Assembly (NCBI GenBank): GCA_963843555.1
Contig: CAWJKV010000002.1
Location: forward strand, 224,001 to 288,000
DNA: 64,000 bases
Source: an uncultured Methanosarcinales archaeon
GTDB taxonomy: Archaea; Halobacteriota; Methanosarcinia; Methanotrichales; Methanotrichaceae
Reading direction: 5' to 3'
Positions 1 to 11,712 of the stretch are shown one piece after another (within the stretch, counting starts at the first letter, position 1; every line of letters starts with the position of its first letter). Made by a program: the position numbers and the translations under genes. The notes under the pieces are model-generated. The model had not been told where the DNA came from and made no database searches. It saw only the letters and a list, made by a program, of their open reading frames with translations.

Positions 1-1800
1 GTGACGGGAGAAGGGACAATCGACCTCGCTTTCTGAGGCGGATGTGAGGGCGTTCTGTCACGAGCTCGAGGTCCACCAGATCGAACTGGAGATGCAAAAT
101 GAGGAGCTCAGGCGGGTGCAGGCTGAGCTTGCCGCATCGGAGGAGAAGTACCGCGACCTCTACGAGTTCGCGCCCATCGGCTACTTCACCCTTGAATCGT
201 CAGGGCAGATTCGAGAGGCAAATCTCGCCGGCGCTTCTCTCCTGGGAGTGGAGCGATCCTGCCTGGTGAACAACCGGTTCCAGTCCCATCTTGACCAGAG
301 GAGTCTTCCGGAGTTCAATGACTTCTGCCGCCGTGTGATGGAGTCGGATGCTAAGCAGACGGCAATGTTCCGGCTTAATGGCACGGCAAGAAAAGAGAAA
401 GCTGAACTCTGGGTGCTGATTGAAGCCCGGGCGATCCAGGATGGAATCAGCCACGGCTTCAGGATGGCGGTCATCGACATCACAGAGCGCAAGCGAATGG
501 AAGAAGAGATAATGGAGAGGACTGCAGAGCTGGTGTTGGCCAAAGAGAATGCAGAGGCTACAACCAGGACCAAGGCAGCGTTCCTGGCCAACATGTCCCA
601 TGAACTCAGGACGCCCATGAACGCAGTGATTGGATTCTCCGGCCTCCTCCTGGAAGAATCCATGACTGCAGAGCAGAATGAGTTCATCGAAGGCATCAGG
701 AAAGGAGGCGAAGCTCTCCTGGCCATAATCAATGATATCCTGGATTTCTCCCGGGTGGAAAAAGAGATGGGGCTGGAACGGAGCATCAACCGTTCAGCCT
801 CAAGGACTGCATCGATGAGTCCCTGGACCTGGTGGCGGTCCAGGCCAGCAATAAGGGTCTCTCTCTGTCCAGCATCATCTTTGACGGCACTCCGGAGGCC
901 ATCGTCGGAGACCATGGCAGGCTCAGACAGATCCTGGTCAACCTGCTCGCCAACGCCGTCAAGTTCACAGACATGGGAGATGTATCTGTGTCGGTCTCCT
1001 CAAAAACCCTCGAAGATAACAGGCACGAGCTATCCTTTAAGGTTACGGATACCGGCATTGGCATACCCCAGGACAGGATAAACGAAATCTTTGAGCCGTT
1101 TACGCAGGTTGAACGGAATGCAAGACGCAAGCGTGAAGGTGTTGGCCTGGGCCTGGCCATATCCAGGCAGCTTGTGGAGCTCATGGGCGGGAAGATAAAA
1201 GCCGAGAGCGTTCCCGGCCGGGGCACGACCTTTAGCTTCTCAATCCAGGCCGAGACACTTCAAGGCAGACAGCTTGATTCTGGAGAAAAAAAGAAGGAAG
1301 CATCCTTTGAGGTCGCTCCCAAAGGGAAATCTTTACGGGTACTCGTGGCTGAAGACGACCCGCTGAACCAAAAAGTGCTCATGGAGATGCTAAAGCGATT
1401 AGGCTGCAAGCCAGAGGCTGTGTATGATGGTCTGGAAGTCCTCCAGGCCCTGCAAAGCCAGGATTACGATCTGGTGCTGATGGATCTCAGTATGCCGGAA
1501 ATGGATGGGATCACTGCCACTCAGGCGATACGAAAAATTCGGCCAGGGAACGGGCCCAGGATTGTTGCCGTCACAGCCTATGCTCTTAAGGGCGACCGCG
1601 AGAAGTGTCTCGAAGCCGGCATGGACGACTACATCAGCAAACCGGTACAAAAGAAGGAGCTGGAAGCCATTCTGAGGAATATTCATGCCTTCGGAAAGAC
1701 TGCTGAGCTGCTTATCGTGGAAATATTGAAGATATTACTATTGATATTGTCAAAGTGTCTTATTGAAATTGATTTTCCATCTTCCGGCCAAAGGAAGTAA
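1..1800 (+). CDS. PAS-domain hybrid histidine kinase/response regulator (5'-partial, frameshifted near 770)
   Basis: His[20 protein letters not shown] in ORF 44-1081; HATPase ([25 protein letters not shown]) and REC ([20 protein letters not shown]) in ORF 832-1800. Confidence 0.88.
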
Positions 1801-1809
1801 ATACGATTA

Positions 1810-1828
1810 TGCTATCATTTTGATATCA
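1810..1828 (+). promoter_or_regulatory. Probable antitoxin operator, imperfect inverted repeat TGCTATCA-TTT-TGATATCA
   Basis: Lies just before the AAGGAGG RBS of a FitA-like gene; half-site matches the TGCTATCA half-site of Neisseria FitAB. Confidence 0.5.
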
Positions 1829-1838
1829 AGGAGGCGTT

Positions 1839-2069
1839 ATGGCCCAGATCATTGTGCGAAATCTTGACGAGGCCGTAGTTGATCGGCTAAAGGCCCGCGC
1901 TAGAACTAATGACCGTTCCCTGGAAGCAGAAGTAAGGCTTATCCTGGAACAATCGGCCAAAGTGGATACGGTTCAGGCTCGCCAGATAGTAATGGAGAGG
2001 CGCAAAAAGCTGCAAGGAAGGGAGTTTGTTGATAGCGTTGATCTGATACGCGAGGACAGAGATAGATGA
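1839..2069 (+). CDS. FitA-like ribbon-helix-helix antitoxin
   Basis: MAQIIVRNLDEAVVDRLKARA...RSLEAEVRLIL; overlaps a PIN toxin gene. Confidence 0.85.
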   Translation: MAQIIVRNLDEAVVDRLKARARTNDRSLEAEVRLILEQSAKVDTVQARQIVMERRKKLQGREFVDSVDLIREDRDR

Positions 2070-2500
2070 TAATAGTAATCGATGCCAGCGTAGCTGCAAA
2101 GTGGTTCTTCGATGAAGAACACTCTATGGCGGCTCTAAATCTCCTAGACAATCCTTTTGAGCTTAACGCACCTGATTTCTTCTTTCTGGAAATGAACAGC
2201 CTCCTCTGTAAGAGAGCTCGTCGCCTGGAGCTATCCACCACAGAGGCATTCGAGATGGACGACGAGATCGGATCCATGCCGATTCAATCCTATCCGTCAA
2301 CAGCACTGCGAGAGAGAGCATTTGAGCTGGCTCTGGAAACGAAAAGCAGCATCTACGACTGCCTTTATCTGGCACTCGCCGAAGTGCTTGAGGCGAAAAT
2401 GATCACAGCCGATAGAAAATTTTTCCAGGCGATGCAGACAGTTCCTGCAGGCCGTCGAACGATCTGGGTAGAAGATGTTGAAATTGGTCTTGAGAAATGA
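2066..2500 (+). CDS. vapC: VapC-family PIN-domain toxin
   Basis: VIDASVAAKW, IYDCLYLALA and ITADRK PIN motifs. Confidence 0.9.
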   Translation: MIIVIDASVAAKWFFDEEHSMAALNLLDNPFELNAPDFFFLEMNSLLCKRARRLELSTTEAFEMDDEIGSMPIQSYPSTALRERAFELALETKSSIYDCLYLALAEVLEAKMITADRKFFQAMQTVPAGRRTIWVEDVEIGLEK

Positions 2501-2586
2501 CAGGCATTTCTGAGTTAGACTTCACTGACAGCCGCCGGGAACGGGTGACTTGATGGATCAAATGGCCGAGAAGGGGACCCTGCCTG

Positions 2587-5500
2587 ATGCAGGATCAAGA
2601 ACCGAAGAAAGAAGAATTGGGAAAAACCCAGGCGGAAGAGCCGGAGGAGGGCCCTCTCGCAGTCGTCGGCATTGGGGCCTCAGCCGGCGGCCTGGAGGCT
2701 TTAAAAGAGTTCTTCACACACATGCCTGCAAAGAGCGGGATGGCGTTCGTCGTCATCTCTCACCAGGATCCGGCACAGACCAGCCTTCTGCCCGAGATCC
2801 TCCAGAGGTACACCGAGATGCCCGTAGTTGAGGTCGGTGAGGATGGAGTGCAAGCCAGGCAAAACACAGTCTATACCAAGCCTTCAGACTCCGACCTCGC
2901 AATCTTCCATGGTAGACTTGTCCTCCTCAAATCCGCCAGGGCAGGCGGAGTGGAAACGACCGTCGATATCTTCTTCAGGCACCTCGCAGAGGACCGGGAC
3001 GGAAAGGCAGTGGGCATAATCCTATCCGGCATGGGGGACGATGGAACTTTGGGCATCCAGGCCCTGAAAGAGTATACTGGCATGGCCATGGCCCAGGACC
3101 CGTCTACAGCCAAGTTCGGGTCCATGCCTCAGAGCGCGATTGCCACCGGGCTGGTGGATTACATCGCTCCTGCCGAGGACCTTCCACGACCGCCTTATTG
3201 AATATATCAGCACCAGGTCGCAGCTAATGCAGGTGCGCCCCATTCAGACAGAGACCCCGGTTCCTGAGAACGCCCTGTCCAGGATCTTCGCCCTTAATTC
3301 GCACCAAGACCCAGCCAGGACTTCTCCCAGTACAAGCGAAGCACTGTCATGCGAAGAATCGAGCGCAGGATGAGCCTGCACCAGCTGACCCGGATGGATG
3401 ACTACATCCGCTACCTCCAGGAGAATCCGCCAGAGGTCGAGATTCTGGCAAAGGAGATGCTCATTGGAGTCACTCAGTTCTTCCGGGACCCCGCTGCCTG
3501 GGAGCGACTTATGCCCGCGCTTTCAGCTCTGATTCAATCCAAACCCGAAGGCAGCATGCTGAGAGTCTGGATAGTGGGCTGCTCAACAGGGGAGGAGGCA
3601 TACACAATGGCCATTATGCTCCAGGAGTACCTCGAGTTCCCTGGGCAAGGTTGGAATTATCCAGTTCCAGATCTTTGCCACGGATACCGATCGAGAGGCC
3701 ATCGATATAGCACGGAGTGGGAAAGTATCCGGCAAACATCGAGGTGGATGTCTCTCCCGCGCGGCTGGAACACTTCTTCACCAGAGAGAACGGGACCTAT
3801 CAGATCAGCGAACGCCTGAGAGAGAACGTGATCTTTGCTCCTCACAATATCATCAGTGATCCGCCGTTCACCCGCCTGGACGTTCTATCCTGCCGGAACC
3901 TCATGATTTACCTGTCCACAGAACTGCAAAAGAAGCTCATTCCGCTCTTCCATTACGCACTGAACCCCGGTGGAATTCTCTTCCTCGGGACTGCTGAATC
4001 GATCGTCGGGTACAAAGACCTCTTCAGGGCTCTGGACAGCAAATGTAAGATCTTCCAGAGGAGCGACGTTCTCACCCATGACGGCCCTGGTGAGCTGCCT
4101 ACGGTATTTGCAGCACCGCTTATCTGCACATGAAGCTCAGGCGTTCCCTGCTGTGGCTAAAGGGCCTTCCATCACCGCGATTGCCCAGGAACAGCTGCTT
4201 GAGAGGTTTGCTCCGCCTGCAGTCATTGTCACCGAGAAGGGCGATATTGTTTACTTCCACGGACATACCGGACCAGTATCTGGAGCCGTCCCCGGGGAAA
4301 GGCAAACCTGAACATCTTTGCCATGGCCCGGGAGGGCCTGAGGTACTCCATACTCTCTGCCCTCCGCACTGCATCCAGAGAGAGTGCGCGAGGTCGGAGC
4401 GGAAGAGCTGATAAGAACGGAGAGCGGGCCAAAAAGGGTCCGCATGACAGTGCAGCCGATACCAAAGCGTCCCAGAATGGCGAATCTCTTCATGGTGACA
4501 TTTGAAGAGGTCCAGGAACCCGAGCCCATGCAGACTCAGGCCGCAGAGCCGGGCAGAGAAGCGCATCTTGCCGGATGCGCGCATTGCAGAGCTGGAGAGA
4601 GAGCTTGTCGATGCCAGAGCACAGTTGCAGCACATGGCCGAGGATATGCAGTCCTCTCAGGAGGAACTGACCAGCATGAATGAGGAGCTCCAATCTGCGA
4701 ATGAGGAACTCCAGAGTACGAACGAGGAGCTGACCACAAGCAAAGAGGAGCTCCAATCGATGAATGAGGAGATGCTCACAGTGAACGCCGAGCTCCAGGC
4801 CAAGATCGAGGAGCTGACCCACAACCAGGACGATATGCGTAACCTGCTGCAGGGCACAAGGATACCCGTTGCTCTTCCTGGACAAAGATCTCCAGGTGCG
4901 TCGGTTCACAGATGAAGCGAAACAGGTCGTCCGACTGATCGAGAATGATATCGGCCGCCCAATCACAGACCTCAAGAGCGAACCTGCTGGATGAGTCCTT
5001 TGCCAGAGATTTGCGAGAGGTGCTGGACACGTCTGCAGTCCAGAGAGAAACAGGTAGAAGACGACTGAAGGGAAATGGTTTCAGATGCGGATCCTGCCCT
5101 ACCGCACCTCCGAGAACCGCATCGATGGCCTGGTCGTCACGTTCAGCGATATCACGGAGATCAAGCAGCTTGAGCATGTCCATTCAGGATGCACGTAACT
5201 ATGCCGAGAACATCATTGCGACCGTCATGGAACCCCTTGTGGTGCTGAACGCTGATTTGAGGGTCGTCTCCGTGAACCGATCGTTCTATACCACATTCAA
5301 AGTAACCCCTGAGGAGACGGAAGGAGAGCTCCTGTTACTCCATTGGAAATGGCCAATGGGATTTGCCGGAGCTCCGCCATCTTCTCGACAGATATTCTTG
5401 AAAAGGATACCGAGTTTGAAGGATTCAAGATAGAGCAGGACTTCCCAGGGATCGGACACCGCACCATGTTGCTGAATGCCCGGAGAATCCATTCCGATCT

Positions 5501-5607
5501 GGGACCTGAGCTGATCCTCCTTGCCATCGAAGATATCACCCATCAGGGCTCCTGCCTCTGCCCAGGAACTCCACAGGGGAGCCGAGAAAGAACCGGAGAT
5601 ACACTAA
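2587..5607 (+). CDS. CheB methylesterase-CheR methyltransferase-PAS fusion with coiled coil (many frameshifts)
   Basis: VVGIGASAGG, GIILSGMGDDG (CheB); GVTQFFRD, VGCSTGEEAY, DPPFTRLDVLSCRN (CheR); EELQSANEELQSTNEEL; pieces spread over many frames. Confidence 0.85.
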
Positions 5608-5608
5608 G

Positions 5609-7388
5609 ATGCAAAATGATAAGACTGCGGCCATCTCTGACCTGAGGCAGCACGCCGAAAACGCAGCGACGAGAGAAGGGACGATCTGATTGGCTCCCTG
5701 AAGCGGATGTGAGAGCGCTCTGCCACGAGCTCGAGGTCCATCAGATCGAACTGGAGCTGCAAAATGAGGAGCTTCTGAGGGTGCAGGCAAAGCTTGCCGC
5801 CTCTGAGGAGAAGTACCGTGACCTCTACGAGTTTGCTCCCATTGGATATCTTCACTCTTGGACCTTCCGGGGAGATTCTGGAAGCAAATCTCTCTGCAGC
5901 CTCTCTCCTGGGAACGGAGCGGGCAAACCTGGTGAATAACCGGTTCCAGGCTTATCTCGACCAGGGCAGCATTCAGGAGTTCGATGACTTCTGCCGCAGT
6001 GTGATAGGAGTCGGATACAAAGCAGACTTCAGAGTTCCGGCTTTACAGCGGGGGAAGGAGAGAGCAAAATCCCCTCTAGTTGCTGATAGAGGCCCGGGCG
6101 ATTCAGGATGGAGTCCATAGCAGTTTCAGGATGGCAATTGTCGATATCACTGTGCGCAAGCGCATGGAAGAAGAGCTCAAAAAGAGGACTGTAGAGCTGG
6201 TGGCGGCCAATGAGGCGGCTCTGGCCGCAACCAAGGTCAAGGCAGCGTTCCTGGCCAACATGTCCCACGAGCTGCGCACGCCCATGAACGCGGTGATAGG
6301 GTTCACAAGTCTCCTCCTCGATGATTACTATGGCTCCAGAGCAGAAGGAGTTCATTGAGGGAATCAGGGAGGGAGGTGAAGCCCTCCTGGCCATAATCAA
6401 TGACATTCTGGATTTCTCCAGGCTGGAAAAGGGGATCGAGCTTGAGAATCATCCATTCAGCCTCAAGCAATGCATTAACGAATCCATGGACCTGGTTGCC
6501 GTCCAGGCCGGTGATAAGGGTCTGAATCTGTCCAGCACCGTCAGATACGGTACACCGGACACAATCGTCGGAGACCACGGCAGGCTGAGACAGATCCTGG
6601 TCAACCTGCTCGCCAATGCCGTCAAGTTCACGGATAAGGGAAGAGTTTCTGTGTCGGTTTCCTCAAGAAGCCTGGAAGATAACAGGCACGAGCTCTCCTT
6701 TAGGGTCGCGGACACAGGCATTGGAATACCCCGGAGCAAGATAGAAGAGATCTTTGAGCCGTTCAATCAGGTTGAAAGTAGCATAAGCCACCAGCAAGGT
6801 GGTGTCGGCCTGGGTCTGGCCATATCCAGGCAGCTTGTAGAGCTCATGGGCGGGAAGATCAAAGCCGAGAGCACTCCTGGCAGTGGCACGACCATCAGCT
6901 TCATAATCCAGGCTGTTGCCGTTCCGGGCAGAAAGCCTGATTTTGCGGAAATTGAAAAGCATGAGTCCGTCGTGGGCGAGGGTAGACTGGAAAAGAAATC
7001 TTTGCGGATACTTGTAGCCGAGGATAACCCATCGAACCAGAAGATGCTCTTGCAGATGCTGAAAAGATTGGGCTACAAGGCAGACGCTGTGGCTGACGGG
7101 CTGGAAGTCCTTCAGTCCCTCAAACGCCAGGATTATGATCTGGTGCTGATGGATGTTCGCATGCCGGAGATGGACGGGATCACTGCCACCCGGGAGATAC
7201 GAAAATTATGGCCCGAGAACGGTCCCAGGATTATTGCCGTCACTGCCTATGCTCTTAAGGGGGACCGCGAGAGGTGTCTTGAAGCCGGCATGGACGACTA
7301 CATCAGCAAACCTATACAAAAAAAAGAGCTGGAGGCCATTCTCAGGAATTATTCGGTGCTTGCTGAAGAGACTGGTGGAAACCGATGA
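5609..7388 (+). CDS. PAS-domain hybrid histidine kinase (frameshifted), paralog of 1-1800
   Basis: Same [10 protein letters not shown], HisKA, HATPase and REC motifs over ORFs 5709, 5794, 6080 and 6321. Confidence 0.88.
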
Positions 7389-7541
7389 CACTCGTTGAGT
7401 TGAAAGCTGATTCCTTGGTATCGACATCAACAAATCAGGGATTATTGCCTTTCCATTTGTTGAACTCTTAGATGCTGACTTTGCATCCGTTCCCAACATA
7501 TATATTTTCGAAATGCCTATGTTAATTAACGTTTATGGAAG

Positions 7542-8150
7542 ATGGCCATGATGACGAAAGACCTTGAGAGCCTCCTCTCCGAGTTGAAGACCGTTCATGA
7601 CGACCTGCGGCTCATACCCACAGAGACGGTAGTTGTTGCCGATTGGGTTCGGCTGAAATGCAGATACGGCTGCAACAACTATGGAAAGCATCTTTGCTGC
7701 CCGCCCTACACTCCCACTCCAGAGGAGACAAGAAATGTCCTTTCCGAGTACCGGCATGCTGCCCTGGCCCGCTTCGAGGCCAGGCCGGATCAGAAGCTGC
7801 CACCCAAGACCGCCAGCCGGGCTCTCAGCAATTCTGTGGCCAAGATGCATAAGACCGTATCCGAGTTGGAGCGAACTGCATTCCTCGCGGGTTTCTACAA
7901 AGCCTTTGCAATGAATGCTATGCCCTGCGTCTTTTGCGAGAGCTGCGTCATTGAGGAGATGCTGAAAAAAGATCAGGCTGTATTCGATCTGGATAGCGTG
8001 AAATGCAGAAATAAGGAGATCATGCGCCCATCCATGGAGGCCTGCGGCATCGATGTCTTCAAGACAGTGCAAAACGCCGGATACAAGCCCAAAGTGCTCA
8101 AAGATTGCAGGGAATCGGTAGAACTCTTCGGGCTGATACTGCTGGACTAG
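7542..8150 (+). CDS. DUF2284 Cys-rich metal-binding protein
   Basis: KCRYGCNNYGKHLCCPP, CVFCESC, RPSMEACGIDV. Confidence 0.85.
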   Translation: MAMMTKDLESLLSELKTVHDDLRLIPTETVVVADWVRLKCRYGCNNYGKHLCCPPYTPTPEETRNVLSEYRHAALARFEARPDQKLPPKTASRALSNSVAKMHKTVSELERTAFLAGFYKAFAMNAMPCVFCESCVIEEMLKKDQAVFDLDSVKCRNKEIMRPSMEACGIDVFKTVQNAGYKPKVLKDCRESVELFGLILLD

Positions 8151-8218
8151 AGTTGCAGCGAATATGCCAATAAACCAATGAGCTAATATAATATACCATC
8201 AGGTCTTGTGAAGAACTG

Positions 8219-8491
8219 ATGCAATGGGAATTAGTCGGCTGGGGCGCGGCCGTTTTGACCATGTTCGGATTTGTGCCCCAGATCCTCAAGATCTACAGCA
8301 CGAAGTCGGCAGAAGATGTAAGCCTCTTTATGCTCCTGCAGTTCTGTTTGGGAATCTTCCTCTGGCTGCTTTACGGCCTGCATATCCAGGATGACATTCT
8401 CATCGCCTCCAATACGGTCTCCTTTATAACACTGGTGACAACCGTGGGATTGTGCTGGAGGTACAGAAACAATAATATCAGTTGCCATTAG
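8219..8491 (+). CDS. SemiSWEET/PQ-loop family transporter
   Basis: 90 aa, three TM helices, FVPQILK motif, WLLYG. Confidence 0.85.
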   Translation: MQWELVGWGAAVLTMFGFVPQILKIYSTKSAEDVSLFMLLQFCLGIFLWLLYGLHIQDDILIASNTVSFITLVTTVGLCWRYRNNNISCH

Positions 8492-8810
8492 AACTCTTTT
8501 CCATTCTTTCCCGAATCCTATCCTGCAACCGTTCTAGAGAACCTTTGGTGTTCAGGCGGTTATCGCAGGGAGAAAAATCCTTGGGGCTGCAGCCGGCCAG
8601 AAGATCCATTACTCTGTCCGCGATATCAAAAGCCTCCAGCTCTTCCAGCCGCTCTAGAAAGAGCGAAGAGCGCGAGTTGAACTCCCGGCATTTCCCAGGC
8701 TCTGAGGCACCTAACTCATGCAGTTCGCAGAGTTGATCCAGCTCCTTTTGGATCTCTGTCCAATGTTGTCTATCCATCATATTCAATCTAATGTGCGGCT
8801 CCAAAGACAA
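8478..8810 (-). CDS. Hypothetical protein (start probably near 8780)
   Basis: Open frame co-oriented with polX cluster; helical with several Cys. Confidence 0.55.
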   Translation of the reverse strand: MSLEPHIRLNMMDRQHWTEIQKELDQLCELHELGASEPGKCREFNSRSSLFLERLEELEAFDIADRVMDLLAGCSPKDFSPCDNRLNTKGSLERLQDRIRERMEKSSNGN

Positions 8811-9045
8811 AAAGCAATATATCCAACGCAGTCAGAGCTACTATTAATGCAATCCAGTAAAGAGGCTTATTGAAGTACCATGTCCTTGCATTGCGAGCAT
8901 AGATGTAGGCCACATAAGGGATCAATGGCACAATAGACAATAGCGGGTGGGGCTCGACCTTCAAAAGGTAAGTGAAGACGTATCCCTGAATTAGGAGACA
9001 GGCGACGGTTACCAGGCCGACCTTGGCTTGGTTGTTAATTCTCAT
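8788..9045 (-). CDS. Small membrane protein
   Basis: Three hydrophobic segments, GAGGA upstream. Confidence 0.6.
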   Translation of the reverse strand: MRINNQAKVGLVTVACLLIQGYVFTYLLKVEPHPLLSIVPLIPYVAYIYARNARTWYFNKPLYWIALIVALTALDILLFVFGAAH

Positions 9046-9156
9046 GGCCTATGCTTCCTCGGCTCTGATTAATAAGCTTTTCAATAGAGAAATATCCGTC
9101 ACCAGATCCCGTATCTGGAAACTATAGGTTCTTTTGCGGCCGATGGTTATTGCCGG

Positions 9157-10881
9157 CTATTTGAGCGCTTTTAGCAGCTCCTGCAGACTCATGGCGTTGA
9201 GCAGATCCTTCTTCTCCAGCCAGGCTCGTCTGGCAACATTCACACCGTACTTCATGCCCAGGAGCTGTTTAGCATCGTGAGCATCGGTATTGATGCTCAT
9301 CTTCACACCCATTTCCTTAGCTGCCCTGGCATTGATATCGTTCAGGTCCAGGCGGCTGGGGTAGGCATTGATCTCCAGAGCGGCCCCCGTTCTTGCCGCC
9401 GCTTCCAGAACAGCCTGAAGATCGAGGCTGTAAGGCTCGCGCTGGTTGATGACCCTTCCTGTGGGGTGACCGATTATATCTACGAACTCATTTTCTATGG
9501 CCGAGATCAACCTTCCTGTTATGGCCCTCTCGGTCTGCTGCTGGCCCATGTGCACCGAGGCTACAACCACGTCGCAACGGGCCAATAGCTCGTCGGGATA
9601 GTCCAGTTCTCCATCGGCTTTAATGTCCACTTCAGTCCCCATCAGAACCGTAATCCCTTCCAGGACTTCATTTGCAGCAGCTATAGCCTCGATCTTCTCC
9701 TCCAGCTTTTCGGGCGCGAGGCCACCGGCAATGCCGACTGAAGGCGAATGGTCACAAAGGGCAATGTACTCGTAGCCCAAAGCCCTGGCTGCCTCTGCCA
9801 TCTCCAGAACGGATGCTCTGCCGTCCGACCAGTTGCTGTGCACATGCAGATCGCCTCGCAAGTCCTCCAGCTCAATGATAGCCGGAAGACGTCCTTGCAT
9901 TGCCGCCTCGATTTCTCCGTTGTCCTCCCTCATCTCCGGAGGGATGTACTGCAGACCCAGAGCCGCGTAAATGTCCTCCTCATTCTCGTAGAAAAGGTCA
10001 TAGGAGTCAGCCAAACGCGTCAGTGAGTACTCATTCAGGGAATAGCCGCGATCAAGAGCTAACTGGCGCATTCTCACATTGTGATCTTTTGAGCCGGTAA
10101 AATACTGCAGAACTGTGCCGTAGGATCTATGCTCCACAATTCTCAGGTCAACCTGAATCGTCTCCTGTACGATGACGCTCGCTTTGGTGGGGCCTTTGGC
10201 CAGAACCTCCTCCACCATGGGCATGCGCACGAATGCTGCCACGACCTCCTCGGGCCTGGTGGCGGTAGCCAGTATATCTATATCGCCCACTGTCTCCCGC
10301 CCCCGGCGAAAGCTTCCTGCGGCAGTGATATGCTCCAGGCCTTCCATCCCTCGCAGATAGGCCAGGGTCTCATTGACTACGGGTTCGGCTGTGCTGTAGA
10401 GAATTCGAACACTTCGTTTCTTGTATCTTTCAATGGATTTTAAGATGTTCTTCTCGCGGGTCTCTCCCATTCTGGGAAGCCTGCGGATGCGATGTTCCAG
10501 GGCTGCCTTCTCTAGCTCATTCAGGTCGGTTATGTTCAACTTCTCATGCAACATGAAGATGGTCTTGGGGCCAAGACCCGAGATCTTAAGAAGTTCGCTA
10601 AGGCCTGATGGCGTTTGTGCCAGAAGCTCCTGATGAGACTGAATCTGGCCGGTGCGCAGATACTCTTCAACCTTCTGGGCGATGGCTTTTCCCACACCAG
10701 GAATGGACTGCAATCTCTTTTCCCGACAGACCTTGATAATGTCTTCCTTCAATGATTCGATAGCCCTTGCAGCTCTGCTGTAGGCTATTATCTTGAAGCG
10801 GTTCTCTGCATGCAGCTCCAGCAATTCTGCCATCTCATAAAGAACGGCGGCAATCTCGCGATTCCGAACGGAATTGGTCAC
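9157..10881 (-). CDS. polX: DNA polymerase X with PHP domain
   Basis: GSFRRGRETVGDID, QVDLR, YFTGS; PHP GDLHVHS, DHS, NTDAH. Confidence 0.95.
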   Translation of the reverse strand: MTNSVRNREIAAVLYEMAELLELHAENRFKIIAYSRAARAIESLKEDIIKVCREKRLQSIPGVGKAIAQKVEEYLRTGQIQSHQELLAQTPSGLSELLKISGLGPKTIFMLHEKLNITDLNELEKAALEHRIRRLPRMGETREKNILKSIERYKKRSVRILYSTAEPVVNETLAYLRGMEGLEHITAAGSFRRGRETVGDIDILATATRPEEVVAAFVRMPMVEEVLAKGPTKASVIVQETIQVDLRIVEHRSYGTVLQYFTGSKDHNVRMRQLALDRGYSLNEYSLTRLADSYDLFYENEEDIYAALGLQYIPPEMREDNGEIEAAMQGRLPAIIELEDLRGDLHVHSNWSDGRASVLEMAEAARALGYEYIALCDHSPSVGIAGGLAPEKLEEKIEAIAAANEVLEGITVLMGTEVDIKADGELDYPDELLARCDVVVASVHMGQQQTERAITGRLISAIENEFVDIIGHPTGRVINQREPYSLDLQAVLEAAARTGAALEINAYPSRLDLNDINARAAKEMGVKMSINTDAHDAKQLLGMKYGVNVARRAWLEKKDLLNAMSLQELLKALK

Positions 10882-10922
10882 AAAAAGAAAATATCCCAGG
10901 TGGTATAAGAATATCGCTTTCT

Positions 10923-11648
10923 CTAGATCAGCTCCTCGATATGCTTCATCTCTGAGACGTCAGTCAGGTCGCTGATCGACTCATGCTGCACATCTATATG
11001 GCATTCCCGAGCGGCAGCCACCAGATTCGTTCCGCCGACCAGAGCTATTCCCACATGATCCCGATCCACAGAGACGCCCAGAACATTCATATTCGGCGCT
11101 CCCAGTTCAAGGACACCGGCGAACCCTCCCGAGGCCAGAAGGTCGAGCACCCCCTCGATTCTGTCCCTGGCAATCATGGGGGCTTCCTGAAGGTTGCCCA
11201 GGATCCGTCCGTTTCCTGTGCGCATCATTCCCGTAATATCCATCAGGCCCTGAGCCATGAGAACGTCTATAGGATCGATGGTAGTTGCCCAATACATGAG
11301 CATATCTGTAAACCTGGTAGGCTCACGATTCACCACCTCGATCAGGCCGCCTCCTTTAGGATGCACCGGTATGCCGTGCTTGAGCAAAACACCACAGATA
11401 GTAAGGCTGCAAGCGGTCTTGATTTTTATCGAACCTTTTTCCTCTGCGATCTTGATCATAGGCGAGACAGCGAGGCCGCTCTGCATGGCATCATAAAAGA
11501 CATTCAGAGTTTCATCGAGGCGCTCCTTTTTAACAAGGGATGTATTGGTGATGATTTTGCCAATCATCTCGACCGGATTGAAACTCACCTGATGCATGAG
11601 GTTCTCAATCCTGGCCAGAGTGAAGACTAGAGGTAGCGATGGTTTCAC
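10923..11648 (-). CDS. NrpR regulatory-domain (DUF128) protein lacking HTH, NrpRII-like
   Basis: TACSLTICGVLLKHGIP, TIDP, GGTN motifs; no N-terminal wHTH. Confidence 0.8.
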   Translation of the reverse strand: MKPSLPLVFTLARIENLMHQVSFNPVEMIGKIITNTSLVKKERLDETLNVFYDAMQSGLAVSPMIKIAEEKGSIKIKTACSLTICGVLLKHGIPVHPKGGGLIEVVNREPTRFTDMLMYWATTIDPIDVLMAQGLMDITGMMRTGNGRILGNLQEAPMIARDRIEGVLDLLASGGFAGVLELGAPNMNVLGVSVDRDHVGIALVGGTNLVAAARECHIDVQHESISDLTDVSEMKHIEELI

Positions 11649-11712
11649 ATATTCTAATCTACAAAGGGATTTATTAGCTTTTCATTAGAAGCTATCTTAT
11701 ATCACTTCGTCC

